Positions 54,201-58,346 of a stretch of 58,346 bases of DNA are shown piece after piece; position 1 is the first letter of the stretch, and each line of letters opens with the position of its first letter. Both the position numbers and the translations under genes were made by a program. This stretch comes from Trichoplax sp. H2. Taxonomy: Eukaryota. The stretch covers positions 1 to 58,346 of the forward strand of contig NOWV01000301.1 in the NCBI GenBank assembly GCA_003344405.1, given 5' to 3'. The notes below the pieces were generated by a model. That model ran no database searches. It was not told the DNA's origin and saw nothing but the letters and a program-made list of their open reading frames with translations.

Positions 54201-57008
54201 AATAGCATCTATTTCTTTGGAATCATTCTCATTTCGCATTCTTTGTTGAGGAGGTATATATTTTTCTGTCTTAGTCGTGAGTAAATCCTTACGTAACTCA
54301 TTACTTTCATTATTTACGGATTCCGTGTGGCTATCACCATCATTGCTAGCGCATTCATCAGCTGTACTGTTAGATTTATTTTCTAGGTCAACTTCAGAGT
54401 CTTCCTCCAAACTTTCTTCGTCATTTATACAATCGCTGTTATCACTGTCCAAATTCACATTTTCTCCTTCGCTACTCAAATCTTGGCTTACGAAATTATC
54501 TTCGTCTGCCTCGTTTAGTACTTCATCATCACTTTCACAAGAATCATTATCATCGCTAGAATTGTCTGACTGACGTTTTGATATGCTCTTTGTCTTTTGC
54601 TTTTTCCGAGTAATAACCTTATCAACGTTAGTATTTGAATCAATTCTATCGCATGCCTCAAGTAAATCTGAATTTCAAAGTTAAGGATTTATTACTGTAA
54701 ATTTAAGCGTATACAATAGATCATCCATTAAACTTGATAGTATCCTACTTTGCAATTAATTACCTCTACAAAATTTGAAGACAGTATCACTGGATATTGA
54801 AACCATTGTACACGTAGAATATACTTACTGTAGAATAATTAATTAAAGTTATTTATCATCTGCTAAAATATTTTATTACGAAAGATTGGAGTTAATTTGG
54901 CAAGGTAGATACAGTCAAGCCCATCACTTCGAAAGGCTGATGGCAATGGATTTTTCTTATTAAGTTTTAATTTCCACTCTAATTTTGAAATTACTTTATC
55001 ATCCACTTTATTAGCCATGGAGAGATTTATCTTTGAATTATTGAATGATTGATTATCCTGAATGAATTGAGTATTAAAGTCATCAAAGAAATTTAGATAG
55101 TAAACAAGGTAATATTATAGTGCTCGTTATGCCATACTATCGTATAAGTACAGTAAATTGATCGTTTTATATAATATTATATTTGCATGGCGCATTCACA
55201 AAACAAGGTGTCTATCGATGACTTACTTCATCTTGAACCTGGTTCCTTTTCCTTTTTTTCTTTGAGCTAAGGGATTTTTTACGATTATCGGATGTAGGTT
55301 CTTGGCTACTCTTAGGATGTTTTGCTTCAGTGCTATTTGTGGTCATTTTCTGTCAAAGGGAGTATTTTATAATTTCCATTGAATGATGTAGTACTAGCTT
55401 ATAACATAATCTATAGCATAATGGAATATTTTTAATTTTTTGTAACTTCTCCAGTATTATCTGCGTTATTACAGCGTGGATTATTCAGCTTATATAAGGA
55501 TAGCTGTACAAGTAATGGAAGTGCATTATAGATCTATTATTAATACTGCAAATTAAAATAATTTATTGGAGAAAAGTGAGCACGACAGCAAGTTAAGCTT
55601 CCATACAGTATCTATTTATTAAGTAAAGACATGAAGCATTTTTGTAGGTGCTATGGAATCGATTGATACGCAAATTAAGAGAATAGCAAATGCTTGAGGT
55701 GAATTACTAGTACTTTATAGCCATTCAACTGAATAGACTAGCTTGATGTATATCATAGGTGAAGATGGAAGAGTGGCAGAGTTCATAATGAAAAATGGTA
55801 AAGCGTCTGCTATCATTGTATAATATTTATTATCAATATTTGAAAAGTATTTCTGAGTGGAGAATAACTAGCGCTAATTAACTAGATCGAGAGTGATAAT
55901 AAAATTGCAAGTTACTTTTAGAGTTTACATACAGAATAATATGCACGTCTGTTTTGTTTTTTAGCTAGTCTTGATTGCTTTCTTCTTTCTTTTCTAGAAA
56001 TGGTTGATGAAACTGACTTTATGGCATCAAAGTCTTTTTCTATTGAAGAGAAATAATATTAAGTTGAAATTTTGATTTATTGTGCAATAGGTTTGAAACA
56101 TGTAAGCTCAATGTAATCTGTAATTTAAGCTATAGCAATCGCATGTAGTTTTACTCAACGTATTCATACTCGTCAACTCTACTTAAAGGTAGTATGCAAT
56201 TCAATCAAAATGTAGCTATAATCGACAAGAAAAAGTTCTTGGCTAAAACAAAGTTCATGCGTGATGAAGCTAGTTTCACTACCACTACCTAGCTTGATTC
56301 CATTCTACCGCAAGCTACTGTTGAATTATTTTCGGATCGGATTGACTATAGCTATTTCATCCAAGTACCCGCTACTATAGCACAGTAGTCGCTATCACAC
56401 CCAAAATTGAAGCTTATATCCCCCCATTGAACAAAGCTCAGTAGACGGCTAGCACGGACTACAGGGCATCCATTCTCTTATTCAAGCAGTTGAAGCAGTC
56501 TCTGTAACTAGCTAGCATAAGTGATAATCTGCTATAACGATACGATATCGTATTTTGTCATCTTTTACAATATTGGCATCATCCTACCGCAGCGTGATTG
56601 CAATGTGGGCATCGATGATTCTATCCTGTCAATTACGACAATGCCTTACAACAGATCATGTTTGAAAATCAATGAATGATGTATCAATGGTGGAGATGTT
56701 CACTGCTGTACAACTACTAGGCTGCCATTAGCAATACATGTATCGATTACATCTGATGTGCTGTTGAATGGGTGCTGGCTGAAAGCTGAGCCAACAATGC
56801 AAATGCAATGAAGTATTTTGCAGACTGGATGACTGTCAAGGTATGCAAAAGTAACATGCCTGACCATAGTAATTGAATTTTGCAATAGTAAATAGCAGTG
56901 ATTGTCGATAATCTATCACCGTTTTATTGTTGTTATTTCCACTACTTTATGCATGCAATTGTAAAGCCAGGCATTACCTTCTCCTCGAGCTGTTTTTGCC
57001 TTTCCCAT
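51249..57008 (-). CDS. NOM1: Nucleolar MIF4G domain-containing protein 1 (Sgd1 ortholog)
   Basis: About 20 exons. SRKERRKQSR, LPSAFRSDGLDYLL, acidic region, KYIPPQQR, KGYINRLSESNI, CHLYNFKVIHCTLIYDLI, GLQIRNDDPTALK, GRWWVIGSSWS, KKQRMNTDIRRNIFCIIMSSQDYVNAFENLLKL, FNPFYAYLGQKFC, LREGLLIFL. TAG at 51249-51251. Exon 1 (MGKAKTARGE) is less certain. Confidence 0.92.
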
Positions 57009-57153
57009 TGCTTCTCTTTCTTTCTGCCACCACTATTGAGCAGAGTCAAATCTCGGTCGTCAGGTCCTGTACTTGTACAGTATTGAACAAGATATCCGAT
57101 TCTATAGTACTGTAGAGAAAGCTGAACGGTATCCTAGTAACGATAGTACTGTA

Positions 57154-57388
57154 TTGCGCAGTTTGAACTCAGTGAGTTGGCAACTTGGCATACTGAACAG
57201 TCTACTGTACAGTGTACAGTACATTGTCACAGCACTGTACTCTTTCAACTTGGTATTGTACACTGTCGCAGTTGCGCAGTTTGAACTCAGTGAGTTGGCT
57301 TACAGAACAGTCTACAGTACTGTACTGTACAGTGTAAAGCACATTGTCACAGCACTGCACTCTTTCAACTTGGTATTGTACACTGTAG
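57154..57388. repeat. Two-copy ~118-bp direct repeat in the NOM1/Ral intergenic region
   Basis: TTGCGCAGTTTGAACTCAGTGAGTTGGC...ACATTGTCACAGCACTG(T/C)ACTCTTTCAACTTGGTATTGTACACTGT, starting at 57154 and 57272. Confidence 0.9.
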
Positions 57389-57419
57389 CTTGTGGTCCTG
57401 CCGTCCTGTAGTCCTGACT

Positions 57420-57900
57420 CCTGACGCCTGACAGCCGGTCGGCCGGCCCACCCCTCCCTGAAACCTCGCCCAGGTGTGAGTCAGCTTTCCCGTAAAAGAA
57501 AATGACAGAAACTGAAACCGCAATCAATCTACAGTACACTACTAATTTAAGCAGAAAATGTCTAGGTTGTAGAAAGAGTGTACACTGTACTGGATCAAGC
57601 AAGACCTGGTGGGAAAGATGTCATTTTCCTTGTCCACCATACTGGACTGTCAGGGACTACTAAGAAAGACCCAGTCCTGACTCAAACTACTGAACCCAAA
57701 GGAAGACCACTGCACTAGTAAGGCACTCACTGTACAGTGCACAGTGTACAGTAGAAAGTGAATTTCCACACCCAATTACTGTACTGTACTGTACACTGTG
57801 ACTCTGTACTGTACGTACACTGCTGTCCATACAATACAGTGTAGTGCATACTGAGTGCAGTACCGCCCAGCAGTCTTGGAACAGTATAGTACCATAGTAG
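57420..57900. promoter_or_regulatory. GC-rich patch plus TACTG/CAGTA tracts in the NOM1/Ral divergent promoter
   Basis: GCCGGTCGGCCGGCCCACCCCTCCC at ~57433-57458 and pentamer runs at 57730-57900, between ATG 57008 (-) and ATG 58076 (+). Confidence 0.55.
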
Positions 57901-58075
57901 GAAAGGCAACTTGCTTGCGTCACTGGACATCCTCCTGTGATTGGTGACAACCAGAGGATGGAATCCGATTGTCCGACTTGGCCATACAAATCCTTCAATT
58001 AAGGTGAAGACTTGCTTGAACGTCCATTTGTTGTAGAAGAAGCAAATAGTGGGGGGAAAAAGCCACCAATTCATC

Positions 58076-58180
58076 ATGTCGAAGGCGAAAGAGAAGCAAT
58101 TACCACTGCATAAGATCATTATGGTCGGTACAGGTGGAGTTGGCAAGTCGGCACTAACTTTGCAATTTATGTACGATGAG
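58076..58180 (+). CDS. RAL: Ras-like GTPase Ral, first coding exon (gene runs off the window)
   Basis: [35 protein letters not shown] followed by donor GTATGT. LHKxIMVG...[10 protein letters not shown] is diagnostic of RalA/RalB. Confidence 0.92.
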
Positions 58181-58346
58181 GTATGTCTTACTATGTAGAG
58201 GGTAGTTGATCCTTGTTAGTTTAGCAATAGAGTATCAGTATAAACTGGAGGCAAATTGACCGCCCAGTCGTTGAAAGTAACGCAGACTCTCTCTCTCTTT
58301 CTATCCCAATGGATGACAATTTGCCAATATCAAGTATAGCAGCCTT

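Noticed and set aside
56670..56760. Possible intronic C/D box snoRNA in NOM1 intron 1
   Set aside because: C box is imperfect (ATGATGT), there is no terminal stem, and no recognisable rRNA guide sequence.

Overview
AT-rich, gene-dense eukaryotic genomic DNA with short GT-AG introns. Composition and gene content suggest a non-bilaterian animal, most likely a placozoan such as Trichoplax (inference, not verified). By manual exon stitching I support 12 intron-containing protein-coding genes. In order: (1) an unrecognised ~1205-aa multidomain protein, CARD-like + ZU5/UPA-like + possible SAM-like + degenerate dynamin-like GTPase + helical stalk (5167-12586, +); (2) ACL4-like TPR chaperone; (3) STK16; (4) YBEY; (5) an N-acylated, acidic, double-CAP-domain (GLIPR2/GAPR-1-like) protein; (6) CDK12/13; (7) YAE1; (8, 9) two head-to-head LanC-like paralogs; (10) TACO1; (11) NOM1; (12) the first coding exon of a Ral GTPase. 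Non-coding features are a candidate LTR at 1-428, three tandem or direct repeats, and TACTG/CAGTA/TACCG pentamer tracts concentrated at housekeeping promoters. The best candidate for an undescribed system is the CARD-ZU5-UPA-dynamin-like GTPase fusion. Other notable observations are the CDK12/13-YAE1-Ral linkage that is also seen in human, and the promoter pentamer signature. All domain calls are by eye, with no HMM or database search. No tRNA, rRNA or CRISPR array was recognised.
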